The translations under genes were made by a program, and so were the position numbers. The notes under the pieces are model-generated. The model had not been told where the DNA came from and searched no databases. It worked only from the letters and a program-made list of their open reading frames with translations. From Thermodesulfobacteriota bacterium (GTDB lineage Bacteria > Desulfobacterota > Desulfarculia > JACQYL01): a stretch of DNA of 64,000 bases. The stretch lies in assembly GCA_963675595.2 (NCBI GenBank), contig CAXXLZ010000002.1, positions 2,656,001-2,720,000 on the forward strand, written 5' to 3'. Below are positions 19,779-30,085 of this stretch, in pieces (position 1 is the stretch's first letter; each line of letters starts with the position of its first letter).

Positions 19779-20156
19779 GTGTTTGACGGGCTAAAACATT
19801 GGGCCGCGACCATGAAACGGGACGTTTTGGCCCTCTACCTGGCCGGCCGCGATCCCAGAGTTCCTTGCTACGCAAAAGTGTTGGCCGCTGCAACCGCGGC
19901 ATATGCGCTCAGCCCGATCGACCTGATTCCAGATTTCATTCCTATAATCGGCTACTTGGACGACTTGATCCTTATTCCTGCCGCTATCTGGCTGACTATA
20001 AAGTTGATCCCGAATGGTCTGATGGCGGAACTGCGGAATGAGGCGGCTCTCAGATTGGCGTCAAAACGCCCGCCCCATCTTTTGGCAGCAAGGGTAATCT
20101 TGGCGATGTGGTTCGGAATACTGCTTCTTGCCGTCTGGCTGCTATTGAGCGGGTGA
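19779..20156 (+). CDS. YkvA/DUF1232 family membrane protein
   Basis: YALSPIDLIPDFIPIIGYLDD signature. Start uncertain (19758 ATG or 19779 GTG). Confidence 0.88.
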   Translation: MFDGLKHWAATMKRDVLALYLAGRDPRVPCYAKVLAAATAAYALSPIDLIPDFIPIIGYLDDLILIPAAIWLTIKLIPNGLMAELRNEAALRLASKRPPHLLAARVILAMWFGILLLAVWLLLSG

Positions 20157-20374
20157 CACCACATCAGCCGGCCCCCTAAGAGACACGGGCTTCGATTCGG
20201 GAAGCGGATTCTTGTTCGGCCGAACATGGCCTTTGAGCACGGAGGCCACTCCTCGAGCGACGCTAAGACGAGGGAGCCAGGGAGGGTCAAGAGCCGAGAG
20301 TGCGTGACGACCTCAACAAGCGGCTTCTTGCCCGGCTTGTCGTCTCTTGGTCCATGAAATCCACCTAGCCGCTC

Positions 20375-22765
20375 TCATGCCTGGTCCAGCACTTCCCGGA
20401 CGGCTTCCGCGACCTCACGAGCGGCGAAAGGCTTCATGAGCACGCGCCTGACCCCCAAGTCTTCGGTGCCGAAGGAGGAGATCTGATCACTGAACCCCGT
20501 ACAGATGATGATGGGAAGATCCGGACGAATGTTGAGAATCTCTCCGGTCAATTCAATGCCCGTCATTCCGGGCATGGTCTGGTCGGTGATGACGAGTTGA
20601 AATCGATCCGGGTCGGACTTGAAAACTTCCAAGGCCTCCAGGCTTGAGGTACGGCAGGTCACCTTATAGCCGAGGCGTTCCAGCAGCCGCTTCCCGATGT
20701 CGGCAACGGCCCTCTCGTCGTCCACGTAGAGAATATGCTCCGTGCCATGGGGAAGTGGCTGTTTCTCCACGAAATCCGGTACTTCCACCTTGGTTTCCAA
20801 TAACGGAAGATAGACCTGGAACGTCGAGCCTCGGCCAAGCTCACTTTGGGCGGCTACGGTTCCACCGTGCGCTTTCACAATGCCGTGCACCACCGCCAGC
20901 CCCATGCCCGTGCCTTCACCCGTCTTTTTGGTGGTGTAAAAAGGTTCGAACACCCGATCCAAAGTATCGCGGGTCATGCCTTCCCCGGTATCCACCACGC
21001 TGATGCGAATATAGTCGCCGGGGATTAATTCGGCGTAGTCGGCTATGGATTCCTCGCTCAAGTCGACGCGGTCGAGAATCAGCTTCAGTTTCCCTCCCCG
21101 GTTCCGCATGGCATGGGCGGCATTGGTACAGAGGTTCATCAACAACTGCTGAAGTTGCGTTGCGTCGGCCAAAACCACGCCGTCCTTCCCGTCCACGTCG
21201 CACTGGATATCGATGGTGGAAGGCAGAGTCGCCCGTAACAGATTCAAAGTCTCCATAAGAATGGGAACGACCTGAAGGGGTTCTCTTTCCGGATCGGACT
21301 TTCGACTGAAACTAAGGATTTGCTGCACCAGGTGTTTTGCTCGAAACCCCGATTTCAGAACCTCCTCCATTTGCGGTCTCGCTGGAAAGCCTTCGGGAAG
21401 GTCCAGAAGGGCAAGCTCGGTGTAGCCCAAAATGGCCGCCAGAATGTTATTGAAATCATGCGCGATTCCCCCGGCCAGCGTTCCAAGTGCTTCCATTTTT
21501 TGGGCGTGGCGGAGCTGATTCTCCAGTTTCACCCTCGCTTCCTCGGCCCTTTTCCGTTCGGTGATGTCCTCATAGATGATGAACTGGTCAAGGTTCTGCA
21601 TGGCGACCGGTCTGAAATGGATCTCCTTGCGTGAGCCGTCCTTGCATGCCACGGTATAGACACGGGGCCTTGCCTGCCCGATTCCCGCTTGCTTCAAATC
21701 CTCCATCCATGTCCTGAGCACTTTGTTTCGGTAATCCTCATCCGGATATGCCTTTTCAAACCATGCCTTCCCCGTGGGGACATCTTCGATGGAATAACCG
21801 AACATCTTTTCGAACTGTGGATTAATGTATTTGTAACGGCCGTCCTTCCCGATGAGGGATATGGCCAAGGGGGACTCCTCGACGAGCGTTCGGTATCTTT
21901 CCTCGCTCTCCCGCAGAGCGGTTTCGGCCTTCACACGGTCGGTTATGTCGTGAAAGATCACGATACCGGCCTGAATTTCCCCTTCATCATCGGTGATGGG
22001 AGCCGCGTTGGCCGATACCCAGTGTTCTTCTCCGGAATCGTTTCGAATGATCACTTCAACGTCTCTCGAGGTCTCACCTTTGAGCACGGCCCTGGTGAGC
22101 GGCAACTCCTCCGGTTCGTAAGGTGTACCGTCCGGATGAAGCGTCCGCCACAGGGCGAAACGCTTCATCATGTCGGTATTTGTCAGATTCTCTCGTCTTC
22201 CCCCGCGTATGTCGTAGACCGCCGGGTTGGCGAGACGTATACGGACACCGGGAGCGTCGGCGATGAGAATGGCCGCAGGGGACTGGTTGATGGCGGCCTC
22301 CAACATGGCGCGAGTCCGTCGAAGCTCGTTTTCATAGGCCTCTCGCTCGCCGAGATCGCGCATAACGGCGGTGTAACCGAATGTTCGGCCGTCGGGCGAT
22401 TTTTGAGCCGACATCACGATCTCCATCAAATGCGAAGCCCCGTTTGCGTCAACGCACTTCAATTCCCCACGCCAAACGCCGTGCTTTTCGATGACGGGAT
22501 AGACTTCCCGCCCAAACCTTTCAAAGGCCTCTTCGCTCGGGTGAAGCATACGAACCGAACGGCCGAGCACCTCTCGATCTTCGTAACCGAAGACCCCGAA
22601 AAAAGCCGGGTTCACCGAACGGATGATGCGATCGCGATCCACTGTAAGAATGATGTCGGGAGCACTTTGAACCGGCACCCGATAACGGTCTTCATCGGAG
22701 CAGTCCTTGGAGTTGATTGCCCGGCCCTCGGACGGAAGGAGGTGTTGTTGCTTCTTTGGGTCCAT
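20375..22765 (-). CDS. Cytoplasmic hybrid sensor histidine kinase (3 PAS, HisKA, HATPase, receiver)
   Basis: [16 protein letters not shown]-box, NLCTNA N-box, DTGEGM/GTGMGL G-boxes, receiver YVDDE...ITDQTMP...MKP, and PAS/PAC repeats. Confidence 0.94.
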   Translation of the reverse strand: MDPKKQQHLLPSEGRAINSKDCSDEDRYRVPVQSAPDIILTVDRDRIIRSVNPAFFGVFGYEDREVLGRSVRMLHPSEEAFERFGREVYPVIEKHGVWRGELKCVDANGASHLMEIVMSAQKSPDGRTFGYTAVMRDLGEREAYENELRRTRAMLEAAINQSPAAILIADAPGVRIRLANPAVYDIRGGRRENLTNTDMMKRFALWRTLHPDGTPYEPEELPLTRAVLKGETSRDVEVIIRNDSGEEHWVSANAAPITDDEGEIQAGIVIFHDITDRVKAETALRESEERYRTLVEESPLAISLIGKDGRYKYINPQFEKMFGYSIEDVPTGKAWFEKAYPDEDYRNKVLRTWMEDLKQAGIGQARPRVYTVACKDGSRKEIHFRPVAMQNLDQFIIYEDITERKRAEEARVKLENQLRHAQKMEALGTLAGGIAHDFNNILAAILGYTELALLDLPEGFPARPQMEEVLKSGFRAKHLVQQILSFSRKSDPEREPLQVVPILMETLNLLRATLPSTIDIQCDVDGKDGVVLADATQLQQLLMNLCTNAAHAMRNRGGKLKLILDRVDLSEESIADYAELIPGDYIRISVVDTGEGMTRDTLDRVFEPFYTTKKTGEGTGMGLAVVHGIVKAHGGTVAAQSELGRGSTFQVYLPLLETKVEVPDFVEKQPLPHGTEHILYVDDERAVADIGKRLLERLGYKVTCRTSSLEALEVFKSDPDRFQLVITDQTMPGMTGIELTGEILNIRPDLPIIICTGFSDQISSFGTEDLGVRRVLMKPFAAREVAEAVREVLDQA

Positions 22766-23346
22766 CGCTCGACTACTCCCGGTTGCTTTTACATCCGTTT
22801 CAACGGCCCTAACCGTCGATCCCCTCCGCCGCGAAGCGGAAGAACCCGGGGCGAGACTTATTCTCTTCGCGCGGAGGGAGGCCTCGTCAGGCCGGAGGAG
22901 CAATCTTAAGTATTCTACAGCCTTCGCCGGGGCTCCGCAAGGAGCAGGGAACCACACGAAAAAGGCGAAACGCCTTTCAAGATCGAAGTATCTTCACCGT
23001 GGTATTTCGAACCGGATCCGGTCTGTTTGAAAAGGTTTGCGGAACATCGTAAGCAGCCCGGCCTCATTCTTCTTCGGGCGCTTTCGGGCCGTCCTCAATC
23101 GACGGTCTCAAGTGCGCATGCCGTCCAAGAAAGATTGAGATGAGCGAGAGGGAAAGGTATGATTGGGGCAACGGGAAGAAGCTCCCGAACAGGCCTGGAT
23201 ACGGAGTCGGCGGGACTCCGGGCGGCAGCGTCTCCGTTTGGGATCATCGCCGCGGAATTCGGGATCAATAAGAGAGGGGCGAGATATTCCGCCCGCTCCA
23301 ACCCCCAACGGCACCCGTCCAAACAAGAAGAAAGGAGTCTCGCTCC

Positions 23347-24600
23347 ATGAGAAAAGTCCTCCCATTGCTTCCAGCCGTATTCATCCTGCTCATGTTCGCC
23401 GTCTCGGCCCAGGCCGACGACGACTGCGTTGCCTGTCACACCAAGCATAACCCTCAAATCGTTCAGGACTGGAAGAATTCCAAACATGCGGGGGAGGACG
23501 TGGCATGTGCCGCCTGCCACGGCGACGAACACAAGTCCGACCTGGATTTCGGCAAGGCCCGGTTCGCCTCGCCCGACACGTGCGCCGAGTGTCATGCCGA
23601 GACCGTGGCCCAGTACAGGCGCGGAAAACATTCCAAAGCATGGGCCGCCATGAACGCCATGCCCACCACCCACTTTCAGCCCATGGTCCTGCTCCAGGGC
23701 ATGGAGGGCTGCTCCGGCTGCCACTCCATCGGCATTCAGGACGAAAACACAGCCGAAGCCCTCAAGGCGCAGGGGATTCGCTACGGCGTGTCGGCCTGCG
23801 ACGCCTGCCATACGCGGCACTTGTTCTCAGCGGAGGAAGCCTCGCAACCCCAGGCCTGCCAAAGCTGTCATATGGGAATGGACCACCCTCAGTGGGAAAT
23901 GTATTCCTCCTCCAAGCACGGCACCCGTTTTCTCATGAAACAGAACGGCCTGCTTCCACAAACGGCGGCGGCTCCCACCTGTCAGACCTGTCACATGCCC
24001 GGCGGAGACCATGAAAACATCACCGGATGGGGCTTCCTGGCCGTGCGCCTGCCCATGCCCGAGGACAATGATTGGGCTGAAGACCGCACCACCGTGCTCA
24101 AAGGTTTGGGCGTGCTGTCGCCTACGGGTGAACCCACCGGACGCCTGGAAGCGGTCAAAGCCGCCGATGTGGCACGGCTTTCCGAGGAAGCCTTCCGGAA
24201 GCAGCGGGACAAGATGATCGCCGTCTGCTCCAATTGCCACAGCGAAGCTTTCGCCAAGGAGGAATTGCGGAAAGGCGATCGCATGGTTCGTGAAGCGGAC
24301 AAACTCATGGCACACTCCATCAAGACCGTGGCCGCCCTCTACCAAGACGGCCTGCTGAGAAAGCCCGAGAGCTATGCCTTTGCCTACCCGGACCTGCTCA
24401 CTTTTCAGGACGCGCCCACCGAACTTGAAATCAAGCTCTTTCTCATGTTTCTCAAACACCGCATGAGAACGTTCCAGGGTTCCTTCCACCAGAACCCGGA
24501 TTATACCTTCTGGTACGGCTGGAGTGAGATGGTACGCGACGTCACCGGCATCGATGAGGCGGCAGCCGAGCTTCGGTCCAAAGCCAAGCCCGAAGAATAG
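23347..24600 (+). CDS. Periplasmic octaheme cytochrome c, hydroxylamine oxidoreductase (HAO)-like family
   Basis: Sec signal peptide and 8 CxxCH motifs. HAO-type HTRHLFS, CHMGMDHPQWEMYSSSKHG and C-terminal FHQNPDY motifs. Confidence 0.88.
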   Translation: MRKVLPLLPAVFILLMFAVSAQADDDCVACHTKHNPQIVQDWKNSKHAGEDVACAACHGDEHKSDLDFGKARFASPDTCAECHAETVAQYRRGKHSKAWAAMNAMPTTHFQPMVLLQGMEGCSGCHSIGIQDENTAEALKAQGIRYGVSACDACHTRHLFSAEEASQPQACQSCHMGMDHPQWEMYSSSKHGTRFLMKQNGLLPQTAAAPTCQTCHMPGGDHENITGWGFLAVRLPMPEDNDWAEDRTTVLKGLGVLSPTGEPTGRLEAVKAADVARLSEEAFRKQRDKMIAVCSNCHSEAFAKEELRKGDRMVREADKLMAHSIKTVAALYQDGLLRKPESYAFAYPDLLTFQDAPTELEIKLFLMFLKHRMRTFQGSFHQNPDYTFWYGWSEMVRDVTGIDEAAAELRSKAKPEE

Positions 24601-24609
24601 TCGTTCACC

Positions 24610-24645
24610 CGCGCAGGAAAGTCTTCTCGAAGACTTTCCTGCGCG
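24610..24645. terminator. Long perfect hairpin between convergent genes
   Basis: CGCGCAGGAAAGTCTTC-TC-GAAGACTTTCCTGCGCG. Confidence 0.65.
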
Positions 24646-25152
24646 CTTCTTGTTCAAGATACCGAACCCCGCGTCGCCGCCGAAGGCGATGCGTAACACG
24701 TGGGCCGCTTCAAAAAGGGGGACAGGGAGAAGATTCTCAAGAGGGTGTCCCTGCGAGGGACAACCTCGCGGCCCAACAGGATCACTCGAAAACGACCCGG
24801 TTCCGTCCATCCCGTTTGGCCCGATACATGGCTTGGTCAGCCGCTTTGACCACGTCCTCCACGCTATCCGACTCCGACGAGAAAATCGCGCCGCCGACGC
24901 TCACCGTGATCTTCACAGCCTCCAAGCTACACGGCAGCTCGATCCGCTCCGATTCGACGCCTCGGCGAATCCGTTCCGCCAGGACCTCGGCCTCTTCTTT
25001 CGTCGTCTCGGGCAACAGCACCAGGAATTCCTCCCCACCGTAACGGCCGAAGACATCGTCGGAGCGGATCATCTTTTTGGTGAGGTCCGCGAATGCCTTC
25101 AGAACCGCATCTCCGGCATCGTGGCCATACCGGTCGTTGATCTGTTTGAATT

Positions 25153-26430
25153 CACTACTGTCCGGTTATAACTAGTTGAAATTAAGGATTAATTGTTGCT
25201 GATGTGAAGATGTTTGTTTTAGCGTTCCTGGATCAAATAAGCACCATATGTCTCGCCGGTTGAAGAGGTTCAATTGGAGTAGACGGAGTATTTGAGAGAG
25301 ACTGTTCCCCAAGCGAGCCAGGAACTTGTAGTAGGCCAGCAGAAGCATGGTGATCAGGGCGATCCAGAGCTGAGTGAGTACGGCGTTTTTAGTAGTCCCG
25401 AAGAAGGTTTTGACCTTAAGGTTCTGTTTGATCCACTTGAAAAACAGTTCGATCTGCCAGCGCTCCCGGTAGATATCTGCGATGGTTTTGGATGAAAGCC
25501 GAAAGATATTGGTTAGATAGACATAATGTTTTTTCGTTTCAAGATCCCGATATCCCACCCGTCGTAGTGGGATGGGGCACTCTTTAGCCTTCGTGCCGGT
25601 AAGGATGATAGTCTGATCCGAGGTTACTCCTTTGGATTTGAGGACCCTATGACGTTTTACGACCTGGTACTTGATGTTCTTTTTCATCCGAGTCACGAAG
25701 GAGATGTTGTTCTCGTTGAGATCCCGAAACCAAGCGAAATCAACGTATGCGCGATCCATGGCCACGATGGAGCCCGAAGGCAGCCGAAGCAACTTGGCTA
25801 CGGTGAGGTCCGCTTTCTTGGCCTCGGAGACTTGTACGAAAGCGGGAATGTACCCATCGTGGTCCAAGAGCGTATGTAGTTTGATGCCGCCCTTGGTGGT
25901 CCGAAACTTGGCCCAATCAAACAGCGACAGGCATAAATCCACCACCGATGCGTCCAGGGAGTACAGCTTGTTCTTGAAGCGAAATCGCTTCCTCGGGGCT
26001 ACGGACGCGCACTTTTTGTACTGATGATGGAAAACGGCTTCGAAAAATCCGGCGTCACGGCTGCTGTTCGCGTCCGCGAGAGTGGAACGCTTCACCGTAC
26101 GCGCACCCAAATGATAAAGCCTTCTCGACTGAAACCTGAATTGATTCACGATATCCCGAAGGCCACATCTTGTGGTGATTTGAGCAAACATCATCACAAC
26201 AAACTGTTCCCAGCGGTCAAGCGTTCGATACTTTCGTATAGGCCGATAACCTTGGTTCTCAATGCGTCGAAAATCATGTCTATCAACCAGTTGAAGCAGC
26301 TGACCGAATATAGTATTAACATGTGCCATGGCCTGATTCTCCTTTCGCTTCAATTAGTTACAGGCAAAACTAATATAGCACGAAAGGGCTGTTTCAGGCC
26401 TATTTTTGTTCGCTTAACCGGACAGTTGTG
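25153..26430 (-). mobile_element. IS4-family insertion sequence (1278 bp)
   Basis: IRs CACTACTGTCCGGTTA / TAACCGGACAGTTGTG (15/16 match). 9-bp TSD GTTTGAATT (25144-25152, 26431-26439). Confidence 0.93.
25172..26329 (-). CDS. IS4-family transposase (DUF4372 + DDE_Tnp_1)
   Basis: RSTLADAN, LDASVVDL, MDRAY and YRERWQIELFFKWIKQNL motifs. Confidence 0.93.
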   Translation of the reverse strand: MAHVNTIFGQLLQLVDRHDFRRIENQGYRPIRKYRTLDRWEQFVVMMFAQITTRCGLRDIVNQFRFQSRRLYHLGARTVKRSTLADANSSRDAGFFEAVFHHQYKKCASVAPRKRFRFKNKLYSLDASVVDLCLSLFDWAKFRTTKGGIKLHTLLDHDGYIPAFVQVSEAKKADLTVAKLLRLPSGSIVAMDRAYVDFAWFRDLNENNISFVTRMKKNIKYQVVKRHRVLKSKGVTSDQTIILTGTKAKECPIPLRRVGYRDLETKKHYVYLTNIFRLSSKTIADIYRERWQIELFFKWIKQNLKVKTFFGTTKNAVLTQLWIALITMLLLAYYKFLARLGNSLSQILRLLQLNLFNRRDIWCLFDPGTLKQTSSHQQQLILNFN

Positions 26431-28437
26431 GTTTGAATTTGTCCAAATCAATCATCAACACGGCGAAACAAGGCGGCTGATATTCCGGTTGCAGCTTTCG
26501 CATTTTGTCGATGCGGCGATCGAGGGCGCGCCGGTTATAGATTCCGGTAAGTTCGTCGAACAGCGACTGGCCGACGATTCGTTTTCGTTCTTTCGTCATC
26601 CAGAGGCTTCCGCCGATGCCCAACAACAGACCTAACAAAATGGAGCCTGACGTCAAGGCAAGACCGCGGAATTTAAGCACTTCAATTCGGTGGTATTCTG
26701 CCTGTATTTCCTGCTCCAGGCCGTTCACCAGTCGGCCCAATTGCCCCATAATGAGAGCCACATTGTAATCGAAGTCTTCCATGGTATGCGCCGAGTCCTT
26801 ATTGACGACGCCGGGTTTCCCGTGGACAAAAAGCTGATCCCCTCGGATACGAGAGCCGTCCCACTGTTCTTTGATGGCGACCAGCTCTCGGCGCTTCGAC
26901 TCCAAACGCACTTGTTGAAAAGCCGAATCAAGCGCCCTATCTACTCTGGCTTTCATCGTCTTCCAGTTTTCAGCTTCTTGTTCGGAACCGTGAATCAGAT
27001 AGTCATGCGGGGCCATCACCGCGTCCCAAATCGAGCTTTGCAGGAGCCGAACCGGTTTAATCTCATCGATGGACTTCTCCACGATGTTCTCCAGGCTGCT
27101 CACTACCGGACGATAGGACGTAAGGTAAACGAACAGCATGAAGGAGATGATTGGAGAGAGGGTGGCTGCAATGATGAAAAGATATTTCTTTCTCTGCAGA
27201 TGCTTCAGACTACCCTTGGAGTCCATACAACGCTCCGTTTCGGCCGGCGGTTGCCTATATTGGTTTTTTCGAATGCTTTTCCGGATATTGCACCGCTGTT
27301 TTCAAAAAAATTAACCACAAGAACGTTCCTTGTCATCAATCCGGAGGCACGCCCACCAGACGATGGTGGAGGATGGTGGAGGATGGTGAAGATCGATTTC
27401 GGAACGGCGGGGTCGCCGGCCCTGTCCAAGAGATCCGAACGGCCCCGCTTCAAATTCGGAAGGCGCCCGATGGTCGTTTGCGTTCCGGCCCTATCGCTTT
27501 CAAATGACGGGGAACCTACCCCGTCGCACGATAGTGACGCCTGCAAGGTTCTGATGCACTCTGAGGAAAACACCGGAAAGACTTATCGATCCTGTGCGAG
27601 CCTTCTGATCGGCTCAAGGTGTCTTTGAATTCAAAACGGCGACACTATCGATATGAAGAGTGTTTCTTGCTTTCATGCGGAGTTGCCGGTTGCATTGCGA
27701 TAAACGTTTTGGTATGAGTTTTTTGATATGTTCGCAATCCGAACGGCCGAGACGACCCTTGGAGGTGTCATTGTTTTGCTCTGGGCCCGGTTGACTTTCG
27801 GATTGTTGATGCCGGCCTTCCTTCCGAAAAAGTCTATTGACCGAGATAAGGTCGGAAACGCCGGCGGACATATTGTCGAAATCCGATAAAATAAATACAA
27901 TACCGCTCTTGTGAATCAACTATCAGGCCCTAACGGCAGGAATTGGGCGACCACCGCAAGAGCCGCATCACTGTCGCAGGACAAGATCGTTCCGGAGAAT
28001 CCGGCGGGCTGTGGGCGGACCGAACATCCGTCAAGATACAGACCGAATACATATACGACGAAGCCCCTTACCCGGGAGGCTTATTGTTCTGCCCGCATCC
28101 TTTCTTTCCGCTGAACCGATTCGCGTCTTTTCTTCTTTCTCGCTCGGCGCACATCCGGGGAGGGAGTGCTTTGCTTATGCCCGCCCCTCCCGCACCGACG
28201 TCCGCCGAGGCCGTTACCCGTACCTGCAACCGACACCTGCTGAATGATCCGTGTGGATCGTACGATAAACGGGGTGATGCACCCCGACAGCCGTCGATAG
28301 CCGAATGTTTCGTACGTCGTCTCGACACGCAGGAATGAAGTTCAAGCAGCGTACCCCCTCCCGGACTTCAACCCGGGGGCACGGCAGCAAAGGTCGGATA
28401 ACCACTTATCACACAAAGAAAGGAGAAAAGACCCCAA

Positions 28438-29175
28438 ATGAAACTGATCGTGATACTCTGGATCGTGTGTGGAATTGTGGGGGCGATCGCGGCAAGGGCG
28501 AATGGCAAAAAGGGATTCGGCTGGTTTCTTCTGGGAGTCATCCTCGGGCCCTTGAGTTTTATTGTTGCCGCATCGGCTTCCAAGGGGGCGCCTGAACCGG
28601 AAACGGCGGCAGGCGAGTCCGAGGCGCCGGCCGTACCGGAAGAACCTCCCGTCCGGGCTGAAGCCCTTGAATTTCAAGAGGAGTCCGCCCCGCAGGCCGA
28701 GCCCGTTGCAGTTCAGGAAGAAACCGAGGTCCCGGTCGAAGCCCCCGCCGTGCAAGAGGCTTCTTCCGCGGCGGCCGAAACCGTGGCCAAGTGTCCACGA
28801 TGCGCCCAGCCCCTCGCTCCGGACACGGACAACTGCCGATACTGCGGGTCGGAACTAGGTAACATTGCCCGGTCGGCGGAGTCCCTCACTTCACAGGTGG
28901 AGGGCGTCGCGGTTCAAGTCGACACCGTCGTCGTTCAGGAGGAAGTATCCACTCCCGCCCAAGCCATGACCAAGTGTCCTCGATGCGCCCAACTGGTCCC
29001 TGCGGACGCAGGCGACTGCCGATACTGCGGGTCGGAAGTGGGCATGGTCGCCCGAGAAAAGGAGACCGCCGACGAGAACCCTGCCAAGACCAAGTGTCCT
29101 CGATGCGCCGAGTGGGCTGAAGCGGCGGCGGCCACATGCCGTTATTGCGGAGTGGCGCTGGGCAATCCGGCCTAG
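28438..29175 (+). CDS. Membrane-anchored protein with three CxxC-x10-CxxC zinc-ribbon repeats
   Basis: AGGAG RBS. Two N-terminal TM helices, an acidic Ala/Glu/Pro linker and three KCPRCA...CRYCG units. Confidence 0.85.
   Translation: MKLIVILWIVCGIVGAIAARANGKKGFGWFLLGVILGPLSFIVAASASKGAPEPETAAGESEAPAVPEEPPVRAEALEFQEESAPQAEPVAVQEETEVPVEAPAVQEASSAAAETVAKCPRCAQPLAPDTDNCRYCGSELGNIARSAESLTSQVEGVAVQVDTVVVQEEVSTPAQAMTKCPRCAQLVPADAGDCRYCGSEVGMVAREKETADENPAKTKCPRCAEWAEAAAATCRYCGVALGNPA
28787..29150 (+). repeat. Intragenic triplicated zinc-ribbon coding repeat
   Basis: CCAAGTGTCCwCGATGCGCC at 28787, 28970 and 29090. ACTGCCGATACTGCGGGTCGGAA occurs twice. Confidence 0.8.
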
Positions 29176-29371
29176 TCCGGAGCGAATCAGTAGATAGAGG
29201 GCACCCGTGCGGCCTCGAAATACGAGGCCGCGCAGCCCTTCAACCCGTTAAACCGAGAAGCTTGTGCCACTCCCCCAAACGGCTTCCTTCGCGAAGCTCC
29301 TTGCCGCCTTCGAGTCCCTGAGGCTTCCAGCGTCAGACACCCCGGAATGCGCCGGACTCATTGAGAAGGGG

Positions 29372-30085
29372 TCACACCCCTCCGAAGGAAAGGGAAACCG
29401 GAACACTGACCTCGCCTTGGCCGTGCAAAGTCGCCGTCAGTGTTCCCGAGTTGGTACCGTCCAGTGCCAATGAAAGCCGATACCCGCGTCCATCCACATC
29501 ATCCTTCGCACTGATGCCGTCTTCATAGTCCGTGTCAAGAAACGCCGTGTATGCCGTGTCTCCCATGGTGACCACGATCACGACGGACCCTGTGTCATAC
29601 TTCTGCACGTACATGGACAAGAGCCCATCGTCGGATTTCCAGATCCCGCTGTCCGGAATGAGAGTCGAGGGGGCGAGCGGTGTGATGTCCTCTGAATAGG
29701 TATCAAGGTAGGTCGCGGTAAACGGTATCGAATAGTCGACCCAGTCCTCGGAAGCCTCGGGCTGAGGCACTCTGAACGTCTGGGCCGAATAGAGGGTTTC
29801 ATTGTCGAACGTCGTCCCGTCGGAAGCCTCGAACACGGCATGGGAATAATCCGTTCCGCCCTGAGAGAAATCCCATGCGGAACTTGAGAGGACAAAATAG
29901 GAGTCCAGCGGGGTTATGTGAATATAGAATTCTTCGTTCTGCGCCCATAAAGAGAAGCTCACCGACCCTCCTTCGAACTTCGAGAAGACCGTCAAACTCG
30001 CGGCCCCCTCCGGCACTGGAGGAAAGGCGGCGACAGGCGGGACGGCAAAAAACAGAACGACCAGTACGGGCAAAAGCTTCTTCAT
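29372..30085 (-). CDS. Secreted acidic hypothetical protein
   Basis: GGAGG RBS and signal peptide MKKLLPVLVVLFFAVPPVAA. Composition is Ser/Thr/Asp-rich and looks beta-rich. Confidence 0.8.
   Translation of the reverse strand: MKKLLPVLVVLFFAVPPVAAFPPVPEGAASLTVFSKFEGGSVSFSLWAQNEEFYIHITPLDSYFVLSSSAWDFSQGGTDYSHAVFEASDGTTFDNETLYSAQTFRVPQPEASEDWVDYSIPFTATYLDTYSEDITPLAPSTLIPDSGIWKSDDGLLSMYVQKYDTGSVVIVVTMGDTAYTAFLDTDYEDGISAKDDVDGRGYRLSLALDGTNSGTLTATLHGQGEVSVPVSLSFGGV

Larger units (their letters stand above)
24782..27226 (-). pseudogene. Membrane-bound diguanylate cyclase (2 TM, periplasmic sensor, GGEEF) interrupted by IS4
   Basis: Removing the IS and one TSD copy restores an open frame [48 protein letters not shown]. 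Confidence 0.92.

Noticed and set aside
27227-28437. Small ORFs in the gap between the cyclase and the zinc-ribbon gene
   Set aside because: They have no RBS or motif support, occur in conflicting frames and have atypical composition.
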